From contig JAZSRP010000034.1 of assembly GCA_045538555.1 (NCBI GenBank), forward strand, positions 430-64,429: DNA of 64,000 bases, read 5' to 3'. The translations under genes were made by a program, and so were the position numbers. How positions within the stretch are numbered: position 1 is the stretch's first letter; every line of letters starts with the position of its first letter. Of the stretch, positions 34,151-43,644 are shown one piece after another. This stretch comes from Eubacteriales bacterium. Its GTDB lineage: Bacteria > Bacillota > Clostridia > Oscillospirales > CAG-382. The notes beneath the pieces were generated by a model. That model did not search any database and was not told where the DNA came from. It saw only the letters and a list, made by a program, of their open reading frames with translations.

Positions 34151-35284
34151 TTATTTTTTGAGAAACGCTTTTATTTCATCTGCCACCTGTGTGATCTCTT
34201 CTGTTGTGAGATAGGGGTGCATTGGCAGAGAAAGACAGGTGTCCGTCACGCGGTTGGTGTTGGAAAAATCGCCCTTGTCAAATCCCGCATTTTTTACAGC
34301 GGTTTGAGAATGCATTCCTTTTGGATAATATACCATTGAGGGAATATTTTTTGATTTGAGGTGCTGCTGGAGAGCGTCCCTTGTTTTTCTGTCCTCAAGC
34401 AAAATGGTGTACTGCGCCCAGCTGGAAACAAATCCTTCGGGAACCAGCGGTGTCACCACCACGTCCTTCAAAAGCTCCGTGTATGTATGCGCAACACGGT
34501 TTACTTCATCGATCTCATAATCTCTGAAAGCGTGGAATTTTGGCAGCAGAATGGCTGCCTGCAGGGTATCAAGCCGTGAGTTGAGACCTGTCTGTCTGTT
34601 GTCATACTTGTCCTCAGGCGATCTGCCCTGAGCACGGATGGATCTCAAAACCTCGTCAAGCCCGTCGTCGTTGGTAAAAACAGCGCCGCCGTCGCCGTAA
34701 CAGCCAAGGGGTTTTGCGGGGAAGAAAGATGTTGTGGCGGCATCGCCAAAGGAGCATGCCTTGCGTCCGTTGATGCTTCCGCCAAAGCCTTGGGCTCCGT
34801 CCTCAAGCACCAAAAGCCCGTATTTTTTTGCAATGGCAATAATTTTTTCATAATCGGCGCACTGACCGAAAAGGTCAACGGGAATGATAACTTTGGGAGT
34901 GAGGCGCCCCTCTTCTATGGTGCGGATGATTGCCTTTTCCAGTGCCTCGGGGCACATGTTGAATGTACGGCTGTCAATATCCACCGTGATTGTCTCGGCA
35001 CCCAGTCCCATAGCGCAGTTTACCGTGGCAAAAAAGGTAAAATCGGGAGCAAACACAGCGTCGCCCTCGCCGATGCCCCATGCCTTGAGCACCAGAATAA
35101 GTGCATCGGTGCCGTTGGCGCAGGAAATACAGTGTTTTACACCAACATAGTCCGCCAGCTCCTTTTCAAGCTGCTCCACCTGGGGTCCAAAAATAAATCT
35201 TGTGCTGTTGATAACCTCGGCAATACCTGCGTCAATTTCTGATTTGAGCGCTTGATACTGTCTGGAAAGATCACGGAATTGCAT
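34151..35284 (-). CDS. DegT/DnrJ/EryC1-family PLP sugar aminotransferase (WbpE-like)
   Basis: 377 aa. Typical DegT layout (…FEKELADYVGVKHCISCANGTDAL…). Gene order with the WbpB/WbpD-like genes. Confidence 0.85.
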   Translation of the reverse strand: MQFRDLSRQYQALKSEIDAGIAEVINSTRFIFGPQVEQLEKELADYVGVKHCISCANGTDALILVLKAWGIGEGDAVFAPDFTFFATVNCAMGLGAETITVDIDSRTFNMCPEALEKAIIRTIEEGRLTPKVIIPVDLFGQCADYEKIIAIAKKYGLLVLEDGAQGFGGSINGRKACSFGDAATTSFFPAKPLGCYGDGGAVFTNDDGLDEVLRSIRAQGRSPEDKYDNRQTGLNSRLDTLQAAILLPKFHAFRDYEIDEVNRVAHTYTELLKDVVVTPLVPEGFVSSWAQYTILLEDRKTRDALQQHLKSKNIPSMVYYPKGMHSQTAVKNAGFDKGDFSNTNRVTDTCLSLPMHPYLTTEEITQVADEIKAFLKK

Positions 35285-35289
35285 AAAAA

Positions 35290-35853
35290 TCAGATCTCCT
35301 TCAGCCCGTTTTGGGATTCAATGTAATTTCTGCCGCAATGAGAGCAGCTCAGCCCGTCCTTCAACAGCTCGCCGCACTCACACACCCAGCCCCGTATTTT
35401 TGCCGGAACACCCAGCATCAAAGCGTGATCGGGCACGTCGCAGGCAACCACGGCACCCGCTCCGATGAGAGCCCAGCTTCCCACGGTGTGTCCGCACACC
35501 ACGGTGGCGTTGGCGCCGATGCTGGCTCCTGTTTTTACAAGTGTTTTTTTATAGTTTGCCCGTCCCTTTGGGTACTTGGCACGGGGGGTGAGGTCGTTGG
35601 TAAAAACGCAGGACGGTCCGCAAAAAACGTGGTCCATCAGCTCCACTCCCTCATATACCGCAACGTTGTTTTGTATCTTGACTCCGTTGCCGATACGCAC
35701 GTTGTTGGCAACGTTGACGTTTTGACCAAGCGAGCAGTTCTCGCCGATGACGGCGCCGCTTTGAATATGGCAAAAATGCCAGATTTTTGTGCCTTTTCCG
35801 ATCAAAACGTTTTCGTCAACGTAGCTGCTTTCGTGAACAAAATGGTCGGACAT
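35290..35853 (-). CDS. Left-handed beta-helix N-acetyltransferase (WbpD/WlbB-like)
   Basis: 187 aa of hexapeptide repeats (IGKGTKI, IGENCSLGQNVNV, IGNGVKIQNNV). Confidence 0.8.
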   Translation of the reverse strand: MSDHFVHESSYVDENVLIGKGTKIWHFCHIQSGAVIGENCSLGQNVNVANNVRIGNGVKIQNNVAVYEGVELMDHVFCGPSCVFTNDLTPRAKYPKGRANYKKTLVKTGASIGANATVVCGHTVGSWALIGAGAVVACDVPDHALMLGVPAKIRGWVCECGELLKDGLSCSHCGRNYIESQNGLKEI

Positions 35854-36926
35854 CAGAATTCCCCTTTCATGTCCGTGGAGGCAAAATCTGTCAGGGGAAG
35901 CTTCACGGGAAGCCCCGTTTTGCGGCTCTTGTAGATAGCAAGCACCATTTCCAGTGCGTTTCTTCCCGCAACGGCATCCACGTATGGGTCACGGTCCTCA
36001 TTGATGGCGTCCATAACGTCGGCAAACAGAGCAGTGTGTCCGTTTCCGTATACGTTGCTGGTTGCCTCACACAGATTTTTGTTTGCCTCGTCCTCATCGG
36101 TCTCGTCAGCAAAGTTCCACACGTCAATATTGTTGGTGGAGGTGCCGCCGATCTTTACGGTGCCCTTCTCGCCAAAGAGATAGAGAGTCTCCTCCAGGTT
36201 GCGGGGGAACACGTTTACGGTGCCCTCGATGGTGGCAACGGAGCCGTTTTTAAATCTGACCACTGCCATTCCCAAGTCCTCTGCCTCCAGATAATCGTGG
36301 AACTGCTGCTTGGTGGTGCCGTATACCTCCTCCACCTCGTCGCCCAGCATCCATCTCAAAAGGTCGATGCCGTGGATACACTGGTTCATGAGACATCCGC
36401 CATCCTGTGCCCAAGTGCCTCTCCAGGTTGCCTGATCATAATAATCCCTGTTGCGGTTCCAGCGCACGTGTATGGAGCCGTGGGACATACGGCCAAACCG
36501 ACCGCTTTCGATTGCGGTGCGGGTCTGCTGAACCGCTTTGTTAAACCTGTTTTGATGGCAGGCGCAGACCTTGACGCCCTTTTCACGGGAGCGTCTGATG
36601 ATCTCGTCCGCATCGGCCATGTTCATTGCCATGGGCTTTTCGATAATAACGTTGATACCTCTGTCGATGCAGGCAAGCGCGATCTCGGCGTGAATACCGC
36701 TCTCGGTGGCAATGCTCACCAGAGTGGGCTTGATCTCGTCAAGCATCACGGTATAATCGGCGTATCTTTTGATGCTTGTGTTGTTTTCCAACCCGTGCTT
36801 TGCCAGCAGGAGGTCACATTTTTCGGGAATAATATCACAAACAGCGGCGATCTCCAGCTGATTGTTCACAGCGGCTTTGATGTGGTTGGTTGCAATTCTT
36901 CCGCAACCGATAAGCGCGTATTTCAT
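35853..36926 (-). CDS. Gfo/Idh/MocA-family sugar oxidoreductase (WbpB-like)
   Basis: 357 aa. N-terminal Rossmann MKYALIGCGRIA. Overlaps its neighbours by 1 and 4 nt. Confidence 0.8.
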   Translation of the reverse strand: MKYALIGCGRIATNHIKAAVNNQLEIAAVCDIIPEKCDLLLAKHGLENNTSIKRYADYTVMLDEIKPTLVSIATESGIHAEIALACIDRGINVIIEKPMAMNMADADEIIRRSREKGVKVCACHQNRFNKAVQQTRTAIESGRFGRMSHGSIHVRWNRNRDYYDQATWRGTWAQDGGCLMNQCIHGIDLLRWMLGDEVEEVYGTTKQQFHDYLEAEDLGMAVVRFKNGSVATIEGTVNVFPRNLEETLYLFGEKGTVKIGGTSTNNIDVWNFADETDEDEANKNLCEATSNVYGNGHTALFADVMDAINEDRDPYVDAVAGRNALEMVLAIYKSRKTGLPVKLPLTDFASTDMKGEF

Positions 36927-38005
36927 GCTTTTTTACCCTTCCAATCCATTATAATACTCAAAATCTTTTCTGCTGCGTGTCCGTCGCCAAAGGGCTGATA
37001 TTCAGGGTCGATGATCTGCACTGCGGACAGCTTTTTCAGAATATCGTTTCTGTCGGGCTTTGCCAGCTGGTTGCGGTTGCCCACCAGAGTCTCGGGCCAT
37101 GCGGCATGGTCAAATACAAAGACACACTGCACGCCGGCATAAAATGCCTCGCACTGAAGTCCGCCGGAATCCGTAACGATCTTTTTGGCATTTTTTGTCA
37201 GCCACACCGAGGCAGAATACTGCACGGGATTGATGAGAATCACGTTGTCAAACCCCTGCTCCCTGCAGATACGGGCAGCGCGCTCCTTGTTGCGGGGATG
37301 GACGGGGTACACGGTTTTTGCATCCAGCGAGTTCATTGCCGCCATGATCTCCGTCAGGGGCTCGTCGGAATAAGTGTTTTCCTGTCGATGGCAGGTCATG
37401 TAATAAAATTCGTCGGGAATCTCCGCAGGGGAGCCGTCAAGAAGGGTGATGCTCTCCTTTGGCATGGGCTTGTCCGCAAAATGGAGGAAAGAGTCGTACA
37501 TGATGTTTCCGACCACGTGGGCTCTGTCTGCCAGCCCCTCTGCTTCCAGCTTTTTGTATGCATCGTCGGTGGCGCAGAAAAGCAGGGAGGAGATATGGTC
37601 TGTGCAGATACGGTTGACCTCCTCGGGATTGTCCAGTGTGCCGAGACGGTTGCCGGATTCCACGTGGATCACGGGAATGCGGAGCTTGACCGCCGCAAGA
37701 GATGCGGCAAGAGTGGAGTTTGTGTCACCGTAGACCAAAAGAGCATCCGGTGTTTCGGAAATCAAAATTTCCTCAATTTTTTGCATCATGGTGCCTGTCA
37801 TAGAGGCGTGGGATCCGCCGTTTACACCAAGATTGTATTTGGGCTTGGGGATCCCCATTTCTTCAAAAAAAATATCGGACATGTTGGGGTCATAATGCTG
37901 ACCCGTATGAACCAGAATCTCCTCCAGCTCGCGGGAAAAAACACGGGAGCCGGCGGCTGCTTTGATAAACTGCGGGCGTGCGCCCACCACGGTGACGATC
38001 TTCAT
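36923..38005 (-). CDS. UDP-N-acetylglucosamine 2-epimerase, non-hydrolysing family (WecB/WbpI-like)
   Basis: 360 aa. MKIVTVVGARPQFIKAA...HTGQHYD...GDTNSTLA motifs. Confidence 0.88.
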   Translation of the reverse strand: MKIVTVVGARPQFIKAAAGSRVFSRELEEILVHTGQHYDPNMSDIFFEEMGIPKPKYNLGVNGGSHASMTGTMMQKIEEILISETPDALLVYGDTNSTLAASLAAVKLRIPVIHVESGNRLGTLDNPEEVNRICTDHISSLLFCATDDAYKKLEAEGLADRAHVVGNIMYDSFLHFADKPMPKESITLLDGSPAEIPDEFYYMTCHRQENTYSDEPLTEIMAAMNSLDAKTVYPVHPRNKERAARICREQGFDNVILINPVQYSASVWLTKNAKKIVTDSGGLQCEAFYAGVQCVFVFDHAAWPETLVGNRNQLAKPDRNDILKKLSAVQIIDPEYQPFGDGHAAEKILSIIMDWKGKKA

Positions 38006-39318
38006 TACAATACCTCGATATTGTCTCTGGGAGTAACGTTTTTCATAACGTTTTTGGTATCAAAGATAGCTTTTGCGTTTTGCTGTACCATGGGATAATC
38101 CACGTTGGAGTGAGCGGTGGTAACCATCACAAGGTCATATTCTGCCACTGCCTCGGGAGTGAGCGCGGGGATACCTGTCATAGAGAGCTCTCCGTCTCTG
38201 AAAGAGGGGACCCAGGGATCAAAATACTCCACGTTTGCGCCTGTCAGCAGCAGTTTTTCAATAACGCGGATAGCGGGAGACTCACGGTAATCGTCGATGT
38301 CCTGCTTGTAGGAAACGCCCAGAACCAAAACTCTGGAGCCGTTGAGGGATTTTTGAAATCTGTTGAGAATACGTGAAGCTCTGTCAACGCAGTACTCGGG
38401 CATACGGTCGTTGATCATCATGGAGCTCTCGATCATAGATGTGTGGAATCCGTATTCTCTTGCCTTCCAGCTCAGATAATAGGGGTCAAGCGGAATGCAG
38501 TGGCCTCCCAGACCGGGACCGGGATAGAACGCCTGAAAACCATAGGGCTTGGATTTTGCGGCGTCAACAACCTCCCACACGCTGATTCCCATGCGGTGGC
38601 AGAGCATTGCGATCTCGTTGATAAGTCCGATGTTTATATTGCGGTAGGTGTTTTCCAGGATCTTTTCCATTTCAGCCACAGCGGGGGATGAAACGGTGTG
38701 CACATCGCCCGAAAGCACCGAGCGGTACATCTCTGCGATGACCTCGGTGGCATCGGCGCCTACACCGCCCACCACTTTGGGGGTGTTTTTTGTTTTGTAG
38801 ATCAGGTTGCCCGGATCAACACGCTCGGGAGAGAATCCGAGATAAAAATCCTCACCGCACACCAGTCCGGAGCCCTCTTCCAGAATGGGCTTTATCAGTT
38901 CCTCGGTGGTGCCGGGATAAGTGGTGGATTCAAGCACTACCATGGTATTCTTTTTCAGATGTTTTGAGATTGCGATTGCCGAATCACGCACGTAGCTGAT
39001 ATCGGGCTGCTGGTGAGTGTCAAGAGGAGTGGGAACGCAGATTGCAATAAAATCAACGTCTTTTATGAAAGAAAAATCGGTAGTGGCGGAAAGAATGCCG
39101 TCACGAACAAGCTGTGCAAGATCAGAATCCACAACGTCACCGATATAGTTTGAACCCTGATTTACAAGCTCAACCTTTTTTTGCTGAACGTCAAATCCGA
39201 TGGTGCGGAATCCCGCTTTTGCCTTTTCGACCGCAAGGGGAAGTCCCACGTAGCCCAGTCCCACCACGCCGCAGACGATCTCCTTGTTTTTGATTTTGGA
39301 AAGAAGTTGCTGTTTCAT
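38005..39318 (-). CDS. UDP-N-acetyl-hexosamine 6-dehydrogenase (WbpA/WecC-like nucleotide-sugar dehydrogenase)
   Basis: 437 aa. VGLGYVGLPLA Rossmann motif and catalytic GGHCIPLDP motif. Confidence 0.88.
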   Translation of the reverse strand: MKQQLLSKIKNKEIVCGVVGLGYVGLPLAVEKAKAGFRTIGFDVQQKKVELVNQGSNYIGDVVDSDLAQLVRDGILSATTDFSFIKDVDFIAICVPTPLDTHQQPDISYVRDSAIAISKHLKKNTMVVLESTTYPGTTEELIKPILEEGSGLVCGEDFYLGFSPERVDPGNLIYKTKNTPKVVGGVGADATEVIAEMYRSVLSGDVHTVSSPAVAEMEKILENTYRNINIGLINEIAMLCHRMGISVWEVVDAAKSKPYGFQAFYPGPGLGGHCIPLDPYYLSWKAREYGFHTSMIESSMMINDRMPEYCVDRASRILNRFQKSLNGSRVLVLGVSYKQDIDDYRESPAIRVIEKLLLTGANVEYFDPWVPSFRDGELSMTGIPALTPEAVAEYDLVMVTTAHSNVDYPMVQQNAKAIFDTKNVMKNVTPRDNIEVL

Positions 39319-39348
39319 TTTTTTCCTCGCTTAAATACAATTTTTATT

Positions 39349-40668
39349 TTAAGAATCCGCAGCGGCTCTTGCGTCCTGCAACGCAATTTCTTTTTTGCAC
39401 ACTGCAGAAAAATATACCCAGTAAGCAATACCCGACACTACGTGAACGATGATGGTCCCGTAAGCTACGCCGTAGATGCCGAATTTTTTGATAAAAAGAT
39501 AGTCCAACAGTATCTGAGCGCCGCAGGATATGGCGGCAACCCAGGCGTTAAATTTTGTGCGGCCTACGGCGGGAAGCATGTTTCCCGGTACAAACCGCAG
39601 ACAGCAGTTGACAGCCCTCATTGCCCAGAGAATATAGGAGATCTCAATGGCGTCAACGTATTTTTGACCGTAGAGAAGACGGATGGCGACAGGGGTGAGC
39701 GCAACTCCCGCGGCAGCCACAAAAAACATAAAAATTGCCGTAAAAACACCGATCTTGTATGTTTTTTTCCGGATCTCCCGCCAGTCCTTGGTCTGAGCCA
39801 CGACGGGGAAGAAATACACCGTGATGGCGCCTGCCACGAGAAGCAGCATTCTGGGAAATATCCCAGCCACCTTGAAATTGGCGGTAATGATCTCGTCACG
39901 GATCATGTTGTCCACCAAAAACGCCTCGTTGAGGGGCATCATGGAGGAAAACAGGTTGGCAACCATCAGAGAAATGCTCATTTTCCAGAGCGCTTTTTTC
40001 TTTTCATTCGGAATGGGAGAGGGCTTGATCCCGCCCAGCTTTTTCACCACAAACGGCAGCAGGTATATCAGCGCAATCACCGCACCTGCGTATCTTGCCG
40101 CTACAATGCCCACGGCGTCAAAAATCAAAACAAATCCGATGCTCAGCAGACACACCGACAGTGATTGAAGCACTGCGCTTTTTGCGTAGCGTTTGTTTTC
40201 ACGCAGGGTACGGATATAATTTGTGACGGTGAGAAAAATACAGTGGATAAAAGGATACAGGCACAGCGCCCAGACGTACATTCTTGCATTGGGGTACGGA
40301 ATATCCGCAAACGTCACCGCAACACACAAAACCAATGACGCCAACAGCTCAAAAGCCGAACCCCTCGTGGCGGCGTAAGAGAGATACGCCTTGTTTTCCT
40401 CATCGGGGTTGTGAGGCGAGCAGAACTTGAGGATGGCGGTGGAAAGCCCCATGCCGGATAGCAGCGAGATATAGGAATACAGAGTATCCGCATAGGAAAG
40501 GTAGGCATAGTCGGTCTTGCTCACCAGCTTGGCAATCACCACGCTGGATATCATGGAAATGGCCTTGTTCAGCACGTTTCCGCTGAGAATATGCAAAAAT
40601 CCGCCTTTTATCAGCCGTTTCGCTGATGAGAGGGCTTTTTTTATGTATTTTTTCAGCTTGGAACTCAT
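39349..40668 (-). CDS. Wzx-type oligosaccharide flippase (MOP superfamily)
   Basis: 439-aa polytopic protein with the N-terminal pattern and size of polysaccharide-biosynthesis (PST) flippases. Confidence 0.75.
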   Translation of the reverse strand: MSSKLKKYIKKALSSAKRLIKGGFLHILSGNVLNKAISMISSVVIAKLVSKTDYAYLSYADTLYSYISLLSGMGLSTAILKFCSPHNPDEENKAYLSYAATRGSAFELLASLVLCVAVTFADIPYPNARMYVWALCLYPFIHCIFLTVTNYIRTLRENKRYAKSAVLQSLSVCLLSIGFVLIFDAVGIVAARYAGAVIALIYLLPFVVKKLGGIKPSPIPNEKKKALWKMSISLMVANLFSSMMPLNEAFLVDNMIRDEIITANFKVAGIFPRMLLLVAGAITVYFFPVVAQTKDWREIRKKTYKIGVFTAIFMFFVAAAGVALTPVAIRLLYGQKYVDAIEISYILWAMRAVNCCLRFVPGNMLPAVGRTKFNAWVAAISCGAQILLDYLFIKKFGIYGVAYGTIIVHVVSGIAYWVYFSAVCKKEIALQDARAAADS

Positions 40669-40701
40669 TTTTTGCCCTTTCGAAGCAACGAAAAATTATT
40701 A

Positions 40702-42393
40702 TCAAAAAAAGTTTTTTGCAGCCGCCAGCACCGTCAGCACCGTCAGCTTTGAGGACACCTTTTTGCCGACAAAATTGTCCTCCAGCAGCTTTTTTGTTTC
40801 GGGAATATAATCAAAAAAGGCAATGTTTTCCTTGAAATAGTTTTCTACAAAATCCCGCATTTCCGGCTTTGTGTCGTACCAAAAATCAAAGGGGTTCATG
40901 TTTTGGGAGGCGTATCCGGATCTGACCAGTCCCAGCTTTTTCAGCATGCGTCTGACACGGTTTTTTACCCCTCGTTTGATATGCGCCCACTCTTTTTTTG
41001 CCCTTGAGGCAGGACGCTGTCTGGTGGTGGGAATGGCTGCGGCATCGGGGTGCTTTTTGTCCAGCCACGCCCAGTACAGCTTGTGTCCGCAGCGGTATTC
41101 CAGCGGAATCTCAAGGCAGGTCTCCATAAATTCCACGTCAATAAAAGGTGCCACCGCCGTGGTGTAATGTCTCCGTACAAAGTGGGTGGTGAGGGTTTTT
41201 TGAAACCCCGACAGATATTTTGTAAAAATCTCGTTGTTCTCGTATTCCTCTGTCTGCGTCAGCATGGGGTCGATACCCTTTGTCAGCACCATGCAGTCCG
41301 CATTGAGCGCTCGCATCTCATCCGGAGAGTCGGAGTAGGAGCTCAGCACAAGCCCCAGCTGGCCCGTGTGCTCAAGCCCAAATTTTTTGAAATCCAGCTC
41401 TGCCAAAAAACGCTCGCCGCCGGTGATGCCTGCATAATACGCCAGCCCGTAGTTCTTTTTTACGATGCTGTCAACGTCGTAAATAAATTCCACTCCGTCC
41501 AGTGATCGAAACTGCCACTCATTGCCCATTGCCTCGGCGGCAAGACGGGCATACTCGGATTCCTGTGAGCCGTTTTTTGAGTAGGAGATATTTGTGATGT
41601 TGTCATATCCCAGTTTTTTTGCCACAAAAGAGGTCATGCGGGAATCCAGTCCGCCGCTCATGTCCGCAAGGTGGTGGGAATATCCGTATTCCAGATCCTT
41701 GTCAAAGCAGCGCTTCACCGCCTTTTGAAAAGCGGAATCAACTCTTTCCACCGCCTCGTCAAGCGTCATCTGTTTCGGCTTGTTGGAAAACCTGTGGTAG
41801 ATATTTTCTGTCGCTCCGTTCCTTGACAGCGTGACGACCTTGCCGGGATTGGATTTGTGTATCTCGCTGACGTAGGTGTTTCCCTCCACCACACAGCCCA
41901 TGGAGAGGATCTGGTTTGCGGCAACGGGGTTGAAGGTGAGAGGCACCTCTGCCTTTTTGCAGAGCTCCAAAACCGAAAGAAAATCATTGGAAACGGCGCA
42001 AAAATGACGGTCGTTGTAATAAAAAATTATACCGTCTCCCGTCTGGTTGCCAAACGCTGAAAGAGAGTCACTCTCCGTGTCCGCAACCACTCCGCAAAAT
42101 GGACCGATAAACCTGCGGAAAAACAGCGGATCTTCTTTTTTTAATGCAGAAACAAGAGAGGGCATATCGGATACGTCTGCAGCTTCCTTGAGCTCGGTCG
42201 AGTTGAGAATAACTCCGTCCAGCAGCAAAAGCTCGTTTCCGTCCTCAAAAAAGGCACAATCTCCCTCAAACCGTCCGTCTGCAAAAAAAGATGCGCGGAG
42301 GTTTCCGCGTGCAATCACTTTGTGTGTGTCGGGAGCGGAAAAAATATTCTCATACCTCGGGTCGTATGCCCGAAAAACCGTCCATTTGTTCAT
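40702..42393 (-). CDS. Asparagine synthetase B-family adenylating amidotransferase lacking the N-terminal Cys nucleophile
   Basis: 563 aa. PP-loop SGGLDSR present. The N-terminus is MNKWTV instead of MCG. Confidence 0.75.
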   Translation of the reverse strand: MNKWTVFRAYDPRYENIFSAPDTHKVIARGNLRASFFADGRFEGDCAFFEDGNELLLLDGVILNSTELKEAADVSDMPSLVSALKKEDPLFFRRFIGPFCGVVADTESDSLSAFGNQTGDGIIFYYNDRHFCAVSNDFLSVLELCKKAEVPLTFNPVAANQILSMGCVVEGNTYVSEIHKSNPGKVVTLSRNGATENIYHRFSNKPKQMTLDEAVERVDSAFQKAVKRCFDKDLEYGYSHHLADMSGGLDSRMTSFVAKKLGYDNITNISYSKNGSQESEYARLAAEAMGNEWQFRSLDGVEFIYDVDSIVKKNYGLAYYAGITGGERFLAELDFKKFGLEHTGQLGLVLSSYSDSPDEMRALNADCMVLTKGIDPMLTQTEEYENNEIFTKYLSGFQKTLTTHFVRRHYTTAVAPFIDVEFMETCLEIPLEYRCGHKLYWAWLDKKHPDAAAIPTTRQRPASRAKKEWAHIKRGVKNRVRRMLKKLGLVRSGYASQNMNPFDFWYDTKPEMRDFVENYFKENIAFFDYIPETKKLLEDNFVGKKVSSKLTVLTVLAAAKNFF

Positions 42394-42402
42394 TCCGATT
42401 CC

Positions 42403-43632
42403 TCAGATGATCCTGTAAAATTCGTCATAATTTTTCTCTGCGTCAAAAAAGCATTCCCAAAGCGCACGGGCGTTTTTTCGAAGCGCGGCATAGTCGTTGG
42501 TTTCCATGTAGATCACTTTGCGGATCTCCTGCGCCAGGGTCCCGGCATCGGGATTTGGCGAAACCAAAAAGCCGTTGCCTCCGTGATGAACCACCTCGTG
42601 GGTGCCGCCAACGTCGGTGGCAATGACGGGAATCCCAAAAGATGCCGCCTCCATGATTGACACGGGCAGTCCCTCGGTGGAGCTTGCGTTGACAAACAGG
42701 TGCACGTCGTTTGTGCGGTAAAATTCCATAATTTCCGTATTCTTCCTGTTGCCCATAAAAACAAATGAAATATTATCCGGCAGACTGTGGGTCTGCTCCA
42801 GCAGCTCATGGGCGTTGGGGCCGTCACCAAAATGAACCCATTCAACGGCACGGTCGGTGATCTCGCAAAGCGCTTTTGCGATCAGCGGGAGCCGCTTGAG
42901 AGGAATGATATAGGCGCAGGTGACCACCCTAAAGAGGGTGTCTTTGTTGCAGGCGGTGCGTTCTCCGCTTTTGTTAAAAGAGCCCAGCCGCTTGGTGATG
43001 ACGTTTTGCCTGTCGCCAAACTCCGCTTTTATGTAGCGCTCCCCGTCTGTGGAAACGGGGTAGATGCCGTCAAGATTGTCTATCAAAAACCGCCTCATGG
43101 GCGCATATCCGCCCTTGTGACGCTCTGCGTACAGATCTCCGCCGTGGGCTCTGGTCACGGCTTTGACTCCGTATTTTTTTGCCAGCAGTGCGGAGGCGTA
43201 GCAAAAGTCCACCATCCAGTAGGAATAAAAAACCGTGTTGCCGGGAGATTTTTTCAGTATGCTTCCGTATTTCTTTTCCAGTGCTTTTGCAATGCGTGCG
43301 CCACGTGACACAAAGGCAGTCAGGTTTCGCAGGGTTGCCGGTGACAGTTTCCCTTTTTTTCTCAAAAACGACAGCTCCTGCCAAAAATGCTTTTTGAAAA
43401 AGCAGGATATGGTAAAAAACGCCTTTAAAAAGGGAGAAAAGGGCTTTTTGAACAAGGTGCCGCACTTTATTCCCTCCGGGACAGGGTGGCAAAACTCGCC
43501 CTCCTTGGTCTTGTTGACGGCAACGATCTCCAGGTCACAGCCGTTTTTTTGGGCAAAAGAAAGCTCCGGAGCTACAAATGACTCGCCTTTTTCAAAAGGA
43601 AACTGGGAGGTAAGGAGAATGACGTTTTTCAT
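42403..43632 (-). CDS. Glycosyltransferase family 4 (GT-B)
   Basis: 409 aa from the ATG at 43632 (GAGGAG Shine-Dalgarno). C-terminal EGLPVSIMEAASFGIPVIATDVGG motif. Confidence 0.8.
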   Translation of the reverse strand: MKNVILLTSQFPFEKGESFVAPELSFAQKNGCDLEIVAVNKTKEGEFCHPVPEGIKCGTLFKKPFSPFLKAFFTISCFFKKHFWQELSFLRKKGKLSPATLRNLTAFVSRGARIAKALEKKYGSILKKSPGNTVFYSYWMVDFCYASALLAKKYGVKAVTRAHGGDLYAERHKGGYAPMRRFLIDNLDGIYPVSTDGERYIKAEFGDRQNVITKRLGSFNKSGERTACNKDTLFRVVTCAYIIPLKRLPLIAKALCEITDRAVEWVHFGDGPNAHELLEQTHSLPDNISFVFMGNRKNTEIMEFYRTNDVHLFVNASSTEGLPVSIMEAASFGIPVIATDVGGTHEVVHHGGNGFLVSPNPDAGTLAQEIRKVIYMETNDYAALRKNARALWECFFDAEKNYDEFYRII

Positions 43633-43644
43633 AAAAAGCACTCC

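Noticed and set aside
35787-40164. 403-, 373- and 327-aa + strand ORFs across the Wbp-like genes and Wzx
   Set aside because: Each is antisense to a - strand gene with clear family motifs. The translations are His/Gly/Val-rich nonsense typical of shadow ORFs.
40702-42393. AsnB-like protein as a lasso-peptide cyclase acting on the WW-tail peptides
   Set aside because: Lasso cyclases are AsnB homologues lacking the Cys nucleophile, so I considered this. However, there is no B-type (transglutaminase-like) protease or PqqD-like RRE. The gene is embedded between a flippase and a GT4, 10 kb from the peptides. The peptides also show no obvious ring-forming layout. Glycan amidation is the simpler reading.
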